Of a stretch of DNA of 64,000 bases, positions 24,396 through 38,000 are shown piece by piece. The stretch is from Zootoca vivipara (lineage: Eukaryota). The DNA lies in contig NC_083288.1 of the NCBI RefSeq assembly GCF_963506605.1, forward strand, positions 46,810,001 through 46,874,000, in the 5' to 3' direction. Position 1 is the first letter of the stretch; each line of letters begins with the position of its first letter. A program made the position numbers and the translations under genes. Below the pieces are notes generated by a model. It was not told the origin of the DNA, did no database searches, and saw only the letters and a list, made by a program, of their open reading frames with translations.

Positions 24396-27195
24396 TCCTT
24401 TTTTCCCTTTTTCTCTTTGAATCAGCTCCACTATTTTCTGCAAGGCATTTTATTCAACAACTCAGCAGGAGAAACAATGTCCTTTAACGAAAATAGGGAA
24501 ATGAGAGGTGGTTTTGACATCACGAACATGATCACATTCCCAAACAAGTCTTTCCTTCAAATGAAAGTTGGACGAGTTGATCCTGATGCTCTTGAAGGAG
24601 AAGCATTCATTTTTCATGAAGATATGATTGTGTGGCACAGAGGTTTTAATCAGGTCTGCATCCTTGGACTCCATCTGTTACTCACTGTTCTTATGATGTG
24701 TTCTTTAGATGTCAGGAATTCCATTTTGTTTACAACTGTTGTTTCCATCTGATATGGCCAAGGAAAAATGTGGCTGCCTGGCACATTCAAAATTGATGCC
24801 ACTTAGAAATGCCATGGGGGAGGGGGGAGTACATTTTTGTATAACTATATCTTCCATATACATAAAGCAAAGCATTGGAGTATATAAATGAAATTTCTAC
24901 ATAGGCACCAATTCAATACTGTAACCTCTTTTTTTTAATGTATGGAGACAATAACTCAGTAATAGAACACGTACTGCTTGCATAAGGCTCCAGGCAGCAT
25001 TAAAACGAAGTCCTGGTGAGCTGTTTTTCTATTGTTTTGCAGCATTTTGCAGAACAAACTTAACATTTTGTTGAGCCCTCAAACTGTGTGGCTGACCTGC
25101 CAAACCTAGGGTCCTACAAGTCACCCCCAATCCACTAATACAAAATTTTGGCACAGGATTGGAGTGAATTGAACAATATTGGAATTGGGGTGACCAGTAT
25201 AGCACCATGTTGGGGAAATCAGACACTATTTTAGGACACCTCGGAATGTGGGGTTTTTCATTGCAAAGTTTGTCATAGGTTTGGAGGGGATTCCAAATAA
25301 TGGGATTCATAGTTAACACAGCCCTATAATGCATACCTTTTAGATTAAACTTTATTTGCTGAGTAATGAACTTCATTAATAGAAGTCAAATAAACCATCA
25401 GTTTCTCTGATCTCCTAAAAGGCTTTTCTGCTATGGATAGGTGACTCCCCTTTCTCTATGTAATGACCACTGCCACCCTGGCAATCAGAAGAAAAAGAAA
25501 GAAGGGGAAAAGTTTTGCTGCTATGATTGTGCTCCATGTCCAGAAGGGGAAATTTCAAACCAGGATGGTGAGTTATGTAGAAATCATATTTTTCATCCTA
25601 CGAGGACACTGGGAAGGCTAGACAGTAGCATTTAAGGGGGTTATTTTAGTGCAAAAACGAGTAAGGAGGAACATGATACAAAATGGATTAAATTTTTCCA
25701 TGTATGGGAATATAGAATCAACATAACACTGGATCTCAGGGACATCAAAGGTAATTGAGTGTTGGATAATTCAGAACATGCAAAAGAAAGCTAACCTATT
25801 CATGAAATGCATGATTAATCTATGGAATTGGTTTCCACAAGAGGGAATGATGGGAACAGATTAGACAAACTCATGGAGATTATTAATGGCTATGATCTCT
25901 GATGGCTTTGCAGTGCCTCCATGGACAGAATCTGCATTCTTCCAAATATGAGATGCTGAGAAGTGTGGGGGTTGGGGGAGACTTCTGTTTCACTCAGGTC
26001 CTGCTTGCAGGCTTCCTATAGGTATGCGGTTGGCCACTGTGAAATCAGGAAGCTGGATGAGATAGGTCATTGGCCTGATCCAGCAGGCTCTTATGAGAAG
26101 GCAAAATACTATTGAAAAGTAAGAAGTGAATCAGTATAATGGCTTTCAGAATCAGTGAGATCAAAGCATTTATATCTGAACAGTAAAACACATAGATCCA
26201 ATAGGTTTAATTTCATGTCAGTGAAACAGTCACATAGAAGCCAAAGTACTGTTCAATCAGTATTGAAATTTCACCTTGTTTATTTTTCAGATATGAATGA
26301 CTGCTTCAGATGCCCAAAAGCTCAGTATCCAAACAAGAACAAAACTGCCTGCATTCAGAAAACGATGACCTTCCTTTCTTACAAAGAACTTTTAGGGATC
26401 AGCTTAGCATCCATTGCCCTTTCTTTCTTCCTCAACACAGTTTTGGTGCTAGGAATATTCATAAAGTACAGAGAGACTCCCATAGTCAAAGCCAACAACC
26501 GGGACCTCACCTACTCTCTCCTTGTCTCTCTCCTGCTCTGCTTCCTCTCTTCATTGCTATTTCTGGGTGAACCTAGCACAGTCTCCTGCCTCCTCCGGCA
26601 ACCAATGTTTGGCATTATCTTCTCTGTAGCCGTTTCTTGTGTGTTGGCCAAAACTGTCACTGTAGTACTAGCTTTCATGGCCACCAAGCCAGGGTCCAGC
26701 ATGAGGAAGTGGATGAGTAAAAGACTGACAAATTCCATTGTCTTTTCCTGTTCTCTTATTCAATCAACTATCTGTACTGTGTGGTTGATGACATCTCCCC
26801 CATTCCCTGAACTGGACATGCACTCTTTAGCTGAAAAAATCATTGTGCAATGTAATGAAGGCTCAGTCACCATGTTCTATTGTGTCCTGGGCTACATGTT
26901 CCTCTTGGCCATTGCCAGCTTCGTTGCCGCATTTGCAGCCCGTAAGTTACCTGACAGTTTTAATGAAGCCAAGTTCATTACATTCAGCATGTTGCTCTTT
27001 TGCTGTGTTTGGCTGTCTTTTTTTCCAGCCTACCTGAGCACAAGAGGGAAACACATGGTGGCTGTGGAGATCTTCTCCATCTTGTCCTCCAGTGCTGGGT
27101 TATTGGGCTGCATCTTTGCCCCTAAATGCTACGTCATCATTCTGAGGCCTGAGCTGAACAACAGAGAACAACTTATTAAAAAATGTACTAAATAA
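18054..27195 (+). CDS. V2R gene B, vomeronasal type-2 receptor, 6 exons, about 874 aa, apparently intact
   Basis: Exons 18054-18268, 21380-21671, 23145-24002, 24426-24653, 25441-25567 and 26291-27195. GT-AG introns, 2625 nt open, same domain motifs as gene A. Confidence 0.95.
18834..19068. mobile_element. Tc1/mariner-superfamily (Tc2/pogo-like) MITE
   Basis: TA on both flanks. TIR CTGTGTTTCTCATATT / AATATGAGAAACAGGG. Confidence 0.75.
19320..20170 (-). mobile_element. 5'-truncated Bov-B (RTE) LINE in intron 1 of gene B
   Basis: Minus-strand ORF 19482-20078 matches the RT C-terminus of the 44004-45278 ORF. (AAC)n tail at 19320. Approximate TSD TGARCTGCAAAT. Confidence 0.92.
22445..23060 (-). 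mobile_element. Probable LINE 3' fragment with a (CTTA)n tail, containing a nested hAT MITE at 22773-22908
   Basis: Absent from intron 2 of A, C and E. (TAAG)n at 22445-22496. The MITE is of the same family as 10190 and has the 8-bp TSD GGTTAGAG. The host family is not identified. Confidence 0.6.
24108..24184. repeat. (TTC)n microsatellite
   Basis: Read directly from the sequence. Confidence 0.95.
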
Positions 27196-28936
27196 ATATT
27201 GTTTTCCCCCTCACTCTGGTAAATTATTTCCATACACTCAAAACATTTGCCATATATACAATATTAGGATTATACAATCCCCTCAGACTTCCCCCCATCT
27301 CACCCTGGTTTCCATAAAATGATGTCTTTTCTCTTCGGTCATCTTTACAATTTCAGCAAAATTTTCATTTTGATAATCCACTCTCATTTTGCTGGGACCT
27401 TCTCTTCCTTCCACACTCTTTCCTAACCTTTTAAGCCCTTCTGATAGTGTTTCATTTGCACTGGTAGCCTTCAGTATGAATTGCCCCTGCAATGCACATT
27501 TTGTGGGGCTGCCCCTGGGGCTTGCTTGGAATTTGAAGCTAGTGCAAAATGCAGTGGCTCAGTTGCTGACTGGGGCAGAATTTCAGCATCAGGTTAAGGC
27601 ATTATTGATGTAAGAACTGAACTGCCTGCAGATGAGGTCAAGGTGCAGCTTAGGATCAGAATATTTAAAAGATGCTCTTCCCAAAGTGAACAACTGAATT
27701 AAAAATTAAAAATTAATTATTAAAAAAGTAGTAAATAATTGTTTTTCCCCTCACTCTGGTAAATTTTAAATTGTGCTTGAGATTACTTTTTCGCCACTTG
27801 TTTAATTTTATTTTATACACACAGGTCTCAGTATCCAACTTCACTTACTCTAACGTGAGTAATTAGTACCCAAATCTTGTTATATACACTGTAGATTCAG
27901 CTCTCCAAACAGTTGTACCTGTATTTAGCACTGTACACAAATAAGCAGAGTTTTCTTCCTTCTTTTACAAGATTTCAGAGGATTTTCGTGGGGTTTTCAC
28001 TCTTTGGGGGGTGTCAAAATTTTGAGACTGACAACACATAAGAAATATTCCCATTGGAATTCATGGAAATTGTTGACTTGTTATGTAAATGGCCACCTAA
28101 CAAACGATCTCCTGAGAATGCATTGTATTCAGATAATGAGATTTTTGAGGAGTGTGACGTACCACAGCTCTATGTGAGTATTTGGCTTTTTGTCTAGTTC
28201 AAGGTTGCCTTTTAAGTTCTTTTTAAAACAAACATTTGTAATAGTTATTCTTTCAAACATGAAACCCTTTGTTATTGCAGATAGCACATTCTTTTCTTCT
28301 TGATATGTTTTATTATTGACTTAGATATCACATAGCTATATCGAAATCTCTTTATTGCCATTCATGGCAGCTTATTCTCCCCCCTTCCCCCCCTTTAAAG
28401 CTAATTTCTTTTTCTTTTGTTTTTTATGAAGCCTGTGTCTGGTTACTAAAATTCATTAAAAATATTTGAAAAGAACAAACACATTGTGGAATGTGAATTA
28501 TTTATTTTAAAAGCAAAATTATAGATTAGCCATGTCCCAAAACATATTCAGGACTACATCTGGGATGGAATGTGGGTGGTCCCCAGTTTGACCAATTATG
28601 TTTACCATTCACACTGGGGTTCGAATCCCCATGTCATGAAGCCCGCTCTATTTGAAAGCTTTACAAACTGCTCATGTTGGTGACACAGTTTTAAAATATG
28701 TATCATTTTCAGACATAATAATTCAGTTTTACTTGCAAACTGAATGTTAAAATAACCCCTTTCCAGCCCTGGGAGGAGTGTGGGGACCATTTGTGTGACA
28801 CAACTACACACTGCAGCTGAAACACTAACATGTTACGACACAAAGTTTAAAAAGCTCTTCTCTATGTTTTTGGGCGAGCTGTTTTTTCTCTCTCTCAGCA
28901 TACCCTACCACACAGGGCTGATGTAAGACTAAAATG

Positions 28937-29226
28937 TGAGTGCTCACTGGAAGGACAGATCGTGAAGTTGAGGCTCCAATACTTTGGCCACCTCATGAGA
29001 AGAGAAGACTCCCTGGAAAAGACCCTGATGTTGGGAAAGATGGAGGGCACTAGGAGAAGTGGATGACAGAGGACAAGATGGTTGGACAGTGTTCTCGAAG
29101 CTACGAACATGAGTTTGACCAAACTGCGGGAGGCAGTGGAAGACAGGACTGCCTGACGTGCTATGGATGGTCAATGGGGTCATGAAGAGTCGGAAACGAC
29201 TAAATGACTAAACAACAAAAACAACA
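28937..29226 (+). mobile_element. Bov-B 3' fragment
   Basis: Matches 45010-45290. (AAC)n-like tail. 9-bp TSD ACTAAAATG (28928-28936 and 29227-29235). Confidence 0.88.
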
Positions 29227-29282
29227 ACTAAAATGAGGATGGTTAGAACCATGTACATCACCTTGACTTCAACAGAGCATAA

Positions 29283-29473
29283 GGCAGTCGGATAACTCGG
29301 CTGGTTGGAGCATGGTGCTGAGAATGCCAAGGTTGCAGATTTGATCCCTGTAAGGGACAGCTGCACAGGCCTGCATTGCAGAGGGTGGACTAGTCCAGGC
29401 ATAGGCCAACTCTGGCCCTCCAGATGTTCGGGACTACAATTCCCATCATCCCTAGCTAACAGGACCAGTGGTC
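29283..29473 (+). mobile_element. tRNA-derived SINE head followed by a half hAT MITE, truncated at a duplication junction (29474)
   Basis: A-box-like TAACTCGGCTGG and a degenerate B box. CAGGCATAGGCCAACTCTGGCCCTCCAGATG is one arm of the 135-bp MITE. Sequence from 29474 matches 3290 onward. Confidence 0.6.
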
Positions 29474-30014
29474 ATTTGTTTTCTTTTTTGCTCTCGAACT
29501 TGCAATACCCACCTCAGAAATTTTAAATATAAACCTGCCCTATAAAGTACAGCACAAATCCCGAAAAAGTGGACAAGAAAGCTGATCATTGGTACAACTG
29601 GCTGTTTTTGATTACAGAACAGTGTTTATTTTCAAAGCCTACTTGGAGATGCAGAGGGCTGAACATGGGACCGTTGTTACACACAGAAAAGGGCAGAAAA
29701 AGGCATCATCTACCCATAATGAAGAAAGATTTTTTAAAATTACATTTTATTTAATTTATTTGTTTAATATTGCTTGTAAACTTGAAATCAACTCATCCAG
29801 GAAACTTTAAATATAATTTTAGAGCCCTAATCTTTGATTTATCTGGATCTTTATTATTACAGGCCAGTGATATTTTCAATTGTATTTGGAAATGCAGAGG
29901 ATTGAACCTGAGGGGTTTGCATATCAAGCATTTTGATATACAAATGAGCATTGGATTCTGTTCAATGGAATAGAGAGAGAGAGAGCAGGGCCCACAGTAA
30001 TACCCCAGGACCCA

Positions 30015-30140
30015 TACCCTTGTGCCATGTTATCATGTCCTCATGAATGATGATTTTTCTTGATTCAAGAGCATCGTCATCCACCTGTCCAACTTTCACT
30101 TGATAGAAGGACATGTATGGGAATGTAACTATATTCCAAA
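30015..30140 (-). pseudogene. V2R exon-4 remnant (third copy of the P1/P2 fragment)
   Basis: NIVTFPYMSFYQVKVGQVDDDALESRKIIIHEDMITWHKG; no other exons nearby. Confidence 0.8.
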
Positions 30141-32005
30141 CACAGCCACCCACCCACCAACACCGCCACCCTCACCCATTCATCAACAAGAGGAGAATTA
30201 ATCAATTGCTTTCCCTGGCTTTTTCTCTTTTTTTCTTAAGAACCACCCCCCCCCGTTTTTTATGTTAACATTATTTCCATACACTCCAAACAATTTCCAT
30301 ATATATAATACTGGGATTAACCAAACCCCTCAGACTTGCCCCCTTCCCACCCTGGTTTCCATATTTTACCCTCTTTTCTTGCATATAATAATAATTATCC
30401 ATTCTTTTTCACTTACTAATCTAATTCATTTTACTTCATGAATGGTATATCAATCCTGCTAATGTTTCTAAATAGATACAGTGGTTTTTAAGGTACTCAA
30501 CAAAATTTTCCCATTCTTGTTTTAAAATTTTATCATCTTGATGTCTGTTCTCTACGGTCCTCTTTATGATTTCAGCAAAATCTTCATTTTGATAATCCAC
30601 TCTTATTTTGTTGGGACCTTCTCTTCCTTCGACATGCTTTCCCGGGCTTTTAAACCCTTCTGATAGTGTTTCATTTGCACTGGTAGCCTTCAGAATGATT
30701 TGCCCCTGCAATGACAATTTGTGGGGCTGTCCCTGAGGCTGGCTTTTGCAGTTAGTGCAAAATGCAGTGGCTCAGTTGCTGACTGGGGCAGAATATCACC
30801 ATCATGTTATGGCACTATTGATGATAGAACTGAATTGCCTGAAAACAAGGTCAAGGTGCAGCTTGGAATCAGAATATTTAAAAGATGCTCTTCCCAAAGT
30901 GAACAACTGAATCTAAGGATACAATTTATCTCATATTCAGAGTCCAACTATCCCTCTAGAAGCTTAATGGGAAGAAGGGACTAGTCTTGAAAGTGTATTG
31001 AGCTGAAGGATGTAAATTTTCTTTCAACATTTGCTGCTTTGAGTTGCAAAACAAAATGGATTCACTTTGACTTTCCTGCTGGTATTCACTTGTCATGGAA
31101 GACTTTGAGCTAAATGCCACCTTTTGTGCTTCTGATGCAGGTTCGTCCAACAGGTAGATGATGATCTGCTGGTAGACCACTGGATGTCACTGGTAGATCA
31201 CTGGTAGATCACTGGCTCACCCCTCTCCAAGAAGGTCAACAACTTTGGCTCACCTAAAGAAAGCTCAATATTTTTGCCCTGCACCCCTCAAAATGTGGCT
31301 TTCCACCTCCCTAAAAGAAGGTCAAAAACTTCGACGTGAACCCCCTAAAACAGGACTTTCCATCCTAAAAAAAACCCTCAACAACCTTGACCTGAACCCC
31401 CCAAAAGCGGGTAGATCACTGCCAGTTTTTAACTCTGTGAGTAGATCACAGTCTCTTGGGAGTTGCCTACCCCTGATCTAATGGATAGAGGTAACATGTA
31501 GGCCTTTTTGAGAATAAACTCACAACTCAACATGTTGTTTTTTTTATAAAACGACCCTTGGAACTGAAATTAAATCTTTTACTGATTTTTCAACCTACAA
31601 TTATTCAAATCACTATAATCTGTGCATCTGCTCAGGCCTGCAGAGGCATTTCAGAAGGCACGAGAAAGCTGTCAATGAACAGCCATGAAAGAGATTATAT
31701 TAGATGAAACTATGCACGATGAATAGATAGGAGTAGTGGCAAGAGGCAGGCATGACTTTCAATTTTCTTTCTCCCATTTTATTTTATTTTTATATTATTA
31801 GTCAGACTAGCCATCAGAGTTTGGGAAATCTCAGCTATGAGGCCAAAGCATGTGTTCATAATGTTTTGATTCTAAAATAAGGTGTGCCAATCTCTCTTGT
31901 TGTGCTGTAGTGACAGACAGGTCTCATGCAATCTATCTTAAATTAGTCTGCAGGTACTGATGGGCACAAGAGCATCCACATTTTCTGAGACGCTTGACTA
32001 CAAGG

Positions 32006-35000
32006 ATGCTGTGGTTATTCACTTTCCTTTTCCTGGTGCCTAATGTTTTGTGCAAAGCAGCTATGAGGTGCCCTGAGACTGAAACATTTCCTGTTCCCCA
32101 TGAGTGGTACCAGTCAGGTGGCCTCATCATCGGTGGGATTGCTTCTCAGTTCTATTATTGCATCATTGAAGATTTATTCAAGGAAAACCCTTCACAGAAT
32201 CTGTTTGATGATAATCCACAGTAAGAGACTCCCCTCCCCCTTCATTTGTGGCATTAATCCTTCCCAGTTCCGGTACTTTATTTAGTATTGTGCGTCCTAC
32301 TAAACTGGTAGGCAGTAAATGATGGCTTTGAACTTCGTGATTAATGATCATCCTTTCTATTTTGAAAAGCAATATGGAGATGTGATTTGTATTCTTAGTT
32401 TTAATTGCACCAAATGGATAGTTTTAATTGCACCAAATGGACCAACAAGAGGAGGATGGAGAGGATACTACTGTACCTAGTCTTGGGGCACAGACTCTGT
32501 TTAATCTTCCTAGAACATATATCATGAATCAGGGACTGTTTGAGTGAATTTCTTTGAAATATTGCTGCTTTCCTGGGCTACATGCATAGAATGGTCACCT
32601 GTAAGTTAGCCAGTTTGAATAAAAAGAGAAAGAGGGGGGAGATTGTTGTTGTCTTTTGAGGGTGGCAGGCAACTGAGATTAAAGGTCAAACAAGACATAA
32701 TACAGAGATGGATGGTATATATTATTTTAGAGCCATCATAAAAGACAAAGTTAGTTCAATATACATCTGTTTGAGACAGAAATGGCCATTTGTTTTGTCT
32801 ACTTACTGCATTGTACAATTCTCCTCTGAAATTTTAAACTGACCTCATTTGCAGCATGGTAACAAAATTCTACCAGCACATCCTGGCCTTGGCATTTGCT
32901 GTAAAAGTGATAAATGAGAATCCCAACCTCTTGCCCAATGTCACACTGGGGTTCCACATCTACGACAGCTATTATGATGCAAGGATTACATATCGTAACA
33001 CTTTGGACCTGCTCTTTAAAATGCATAGATTTGCTCCCAACTACAAATGTGACTCACAGAAAAACCTCATAGCCATCATCGGAGGACTGAGCTCTGATAC
33101 CTCTTTCCATATGGCTGATACTTTAAGGCTCTACAAGATTCCACAAGTAGGTTTTATGCATAGGGACATGTGCCCCCCTCCCCAACAAATTTCAGTTTTC
33201 TCTTGCCATTCCAAAAATGATTTTGAGATTCAGAATGTGAATATGACTGATGCTGAAGCACTAGAAGCTACAATGTCTATCAGAAACATAGATTACTCCT
33301 TAAGCAGTAGTGATTGCTACACTAGTGAAAGCTGAGAGCATTCAGCACCTTGGACACTTCCAACACAAGAACCCTGTTGTTTAGGCGTTTAGTCGTGTCA
33401 GACTCTTCGTGACCCCATGGACCAGAGCATGCCAGGCACTTCTGTCTTCTACTGTCTCCCGCAGTTTGGTCAGACTCATGTTTGTAGCTTCGGTCCAACC
33501 ATCTGCAACACACACATACAGCACTTTGAGTATGTGAACTGCAGTTCTTCAATCCATATAGATCAAAGATAACTGTTATGTCTTCCTCTGCCATGTCCAT
33601 TGTGCATCTTATACATGATTCCCAACAGTAGAACTAGAATAGCATTCGGTTGGTGCATTGAGGAATTTGGCCAGCCTATCGGACATGGCAAAGATTTATC
33701 TAGGGTTAATCCAACTAGTGCGGCTTCTCCCGAATCCTAAATTTCCACAGAGTAATTCCACAATAGGATTGCACTCTACAAATGAAACAAAGGGACATTT
33801 CTGACAAGACATAAATACTTTATGAAATAAAATATCCAGAAATTGGAAAATGTCGCCACAGCTCTTGAATATTCAGCTGGAAGCATCCTTCCGTTTCACT
33901 GTCTGGAAACCTCAAAATTGCTTCAACAAACATTTCTTGAATGAAGACCACATGCTCAAAATAATACTTTATACTTAGGTACCATTATTATGTCTGTTCT
34001 TTTCCTTGTAGCTTGCATATGGTTCATTTCCCGAAGAGGAGAGTGAAATAGATCACTTCCTTTCCTTTTACCGCATGGTGCCCAATGAAGCTCATCAGTA
34101 TATGGCGATCATCAATTTGCTCCAGCATTTTGGATGGACATGGGTTGGACTCTTTGTTACAGATGACAATGGAGGAGAAAATTTCTTGCAGGCCCTGGAG
34201 CAATTGCTCTACCAGCATGGAATCTGTTCAGCCTTCACACAAAGAATGGGAAAAATTGCTCGTTTTGATATGTTGGGTGAATTTTTTGAGTTGCTTGATA
34301 GGTATTATGAGGGTGTCACAAATGACAAAGCCAATGCATTCATCGTCTATGGAGATTCTCAGACATTGACCTGGCTGAGTTGTATTATATTTCTACGAGA
34401 TCCTGAAAATAAGGAAAGCTCAACATTGAGAAAAGTGTGGATCATGACAACACAAATTGATTTCGTATTAATGAGTTTTCAAAAGTCTTGGGATCTTGAG
34501 CTCTTTCAAGGTGCCATTTCCTTCACCATTCACTCAACAGAGCTTCTCGAGTTCAGTGAATTTCTTCAGAGCATAAAACCTTACTGGAATCCAGGTGATG
34601 GTTTTCTTAAGGACTTCTGGGAGCAAGCATTTGACTGTCCATTTCCAGATCTGCTCATGCAAGATACTGAAACATGTACAGGGGAGGAGAAGTTAGAGGG
34701 TCTTCCTGGCCATCTTTTTGAAATGGGCATGACTGGCCACAGCTACAGTATCTACAATGCTGTCTTTGTTGTGGCTCATGCTTTGCATGCAATTTATTCA
34801 TACAGATCAAAGCACAAAAGGTTTGAACTTCAAGATCTGCAACCTTGGCAGGTAACACGTTGCAAAATATTATTTCAATGAGACAATTACCCGAAACCCA
34901 AACTTTATGAAATAGGACATTTTCAAAGTTATTCTGTTTTGTAACTTTTCTATCTGCTATATACTTGTTCTGTGTTAGGTACCAATCCATAAGCAATATT

Positions 35001-38000
35001 CATACAGAAGGGATTAACATAATGCAAACAAAATAGTATTTCAGTTACCCAAAATAGTATTTCAGTTAGCCAATTATCATGAAATGTGATTTTTTCAAAG
35101 TGATAACAGTTTGTGAGTGCCCCTTTCTCTGTATGTTTAGCATGCACAGTATTTTAGCCTTCTGTTACTTTGTTATAACTTTTCCATCCACTAGACAAGG
35201 CATCCACAAACTGTGGCCCTCCAGATGTTTTGGCCTACAACTCCCATGATCCCTAGCTAACAGGACCAGTGGTCAGGGATGATGGGAATTGTAGGCCAAA
35301 ACATCTGGAGGGCCAAAGTTTGGGGATTCCTGCACTAGACTGAAATAGCTCATTTTTTATATTTGGCCTTCACTATATGTATGTATATATTTCTCTCCCA
35401 CCCCCCTTTCCCTTTGAATCAGCTCCACTACTTTCTGCAAGGCATTTCATTTAACAACTCAGCAGGGGAAACAATGTCCTTTGATGAAAAAAGGGAAATG
35501 GGAGGCAGATTTGACATCACGAACATGATCACCTTCCCAAACAAGTCCTTCTTTCGAATGAAAGTTGGATGTGTTGATCCTGATGCTCTTGAAGGAGAAG
35601 CATTCATCATTCATGAAGATATGCTTGTATGGCACAGAGGTTTTAATCAGGTCTCTATTCTCGGAATCCTTCTGTTCTCCACTGTTCTTATGATGTTATC
35701 TTTGGTTGTCAGGAAATTCCATTTTCTTTAACATTGCTGTTTGCATCTGATAGGGCAGAGGACAAATGTGGCTTCCTAGCACATTCAAATTTGATGCGGC
35801 TGTGAACTGCCTAGGGGAGGGGGAACCCTGCATTTCTGTAGGAGTAATTTTTTCATTTATATTTACTATACCTTCCATATATAAAAAGCAAAGATTTGGC
35901 ATATCCAATGAAATTGCTTCATAGCTGCCCATTCTCTAATCTCTCTTTCTATCTGGCCACATGACCCGGAAACTGTCTGCGGACAAACGCCAGCTCCCTC
36001 GGCCTAAAGAGCGAGGTTGAGCACCGCAACCCCAGAGTCGTCCGCGACTGGATCTAACGGTCCGGGGTCCCTTTACCTTTAATACATCCCATATGAAAGG
36101 TCCCGAGTTCAATCCCTTGCATCTCCAGGAAGGGTTAAAATGAAGTCCTGGTGAGATGTTTTTCAATTGTTTTGCAGCATTTTGCAAAAAAAGTTTCATT
36201 TTGTTGAGCCCTCACACTGTGTGGCTTACCTGCCGAACCAGGTGCCTTACCTGTCATCCCAATCCATGAATGCAAAACTTTGGCACAGGTTTGGAGTGGA
36301 TTGGACAGTATTGGATTTGGGGTGACCAGTGTAGCACCTTGTTGGGGAATTCAGACAGTGTTTGGAGGGCACTGCAAAATGTGGAGTTTGTGCTGCAGAA
36401 TGATTGCAAAGTTTGTCATAGGTTTGGAGGGGATCCCAAATAATGGGGTTCATAGTTAATGCAGCTGTGTATGGCAGCTACTTATATTAAACCTTTTTAT
36501 GCTGAGGGGTGAACTCCATTAAGAGAAGTCAAATAAGCAATTAGTTTCTCTGATCTCCTAAACTGCTTTTCTGCTATTGAAAGGTGATTCCCCTTTCTCT
36601 GTGTAATGACCACTGCCACCCTGGGAATCAGAAGAAAAAGAAAGAAGGGGAAATTTTTTGTTGCTATGGTTGTGTTCCATGTCCAGAAGGGGAAATTTCA
36701 AACCAGGATGGTGAGTTATGTGGAAATCATATTTTGCATCCTATGAGGACACTGGACAGAGGGGGGGGGTGAGTTGGGGCACATTATAAAAATGCCTGAA
36801 ATCTGTGGAAGAATGGCAGATGAAATTGATGGATTATATGGAACTTGCTGAGATGACAGGGAGACTACGTGACCAGGGAGAAGAATTGGTGGAAGAAGAC
36901 TGGAAAAAAAATTAGAACGTATTTTAAAAAAATATTGTAGAATTGAATTTGGAAACAGATTTTCAAGTGTATAGAAACTGCAGATTTTTGAATTATGTTA
37001 GAAAATGTGTGATGTTTGAGGGAAGTTTAATTTAAACCGGAATGATTAAAATTTAAGATATAGAATTTGCGAAAGAGAATTGGGAATGAACCGCAGAGGA
37101 GGGGAATTCGAGGAAGTTCTTTTTTCTTTTTTTTCTTTTAAAAAAGTCATGAAAAGTATGAGATTAGAAATTGTATTGTATTTTATTTTTATTTTTTATT
37201 TTTTAGGCTGTGTTGTATGTGGGTTATTTATGTATGGTTAATGCTTATGTGTTTATATATAAAATAAATAAAAATTATTTTTTTAAAAAAATGCCTAAAA
37301 TCATGCAAGGCACTGAGACATTAGATAAAAAAGAAAAATTACACTTCTCATAATACTAGAGCTTGGGGCATCTAAGGAATTTGAGTGTTGGATGATTCAG
37401 AACAAGCAAAATAATGTTAACCTCTTTATGAAGTACTTGATAAAACTATGGAATTTGTTCCCTCAAGAGTCAGTGATGGGCACAAATTTCGAGGGCTTCA
37501 AAGGAGAATTAGACAAACTCATGTAAGATAAGGCTATCAATGACTATGAGCTCAGATGACTTTGCTTGGCCTTCATGCTCAAATCTGCATTTTTCCAAAT
37601 AAAAGTTCCTGGGAAGTGTGGGGGATGGGGAAGACTTCTGTTTCACTCAGGTCCTGCTTGCAAGCTTCCCATAGGAATCTAGTTGGCAACTGAGAGATTG
37701 GGAAGCTGGATGAAATGGGCCATTGACTCTTATCTACTTATCCCAAAGACAGTTTGAAGGATTTCTACTCAGCTATTATCAACTTAGCAGACAACCTATG
37801 ATAACCTTAAGAATGAGTGAGAACAAAGCATTTTTATATGAACACCAAAACACATGGATCCAATAGGTTGAATTTCATGTCACATGGAAGACAAAATACT
37901 GTTGAATCAATATGGAAATTTTACCTTGTTTCTTTTTCAGATATGAATGACTGCTTCAGATGCCCAAAAGCTCAGTATCCAAACAAGAACAAAACGGCCT

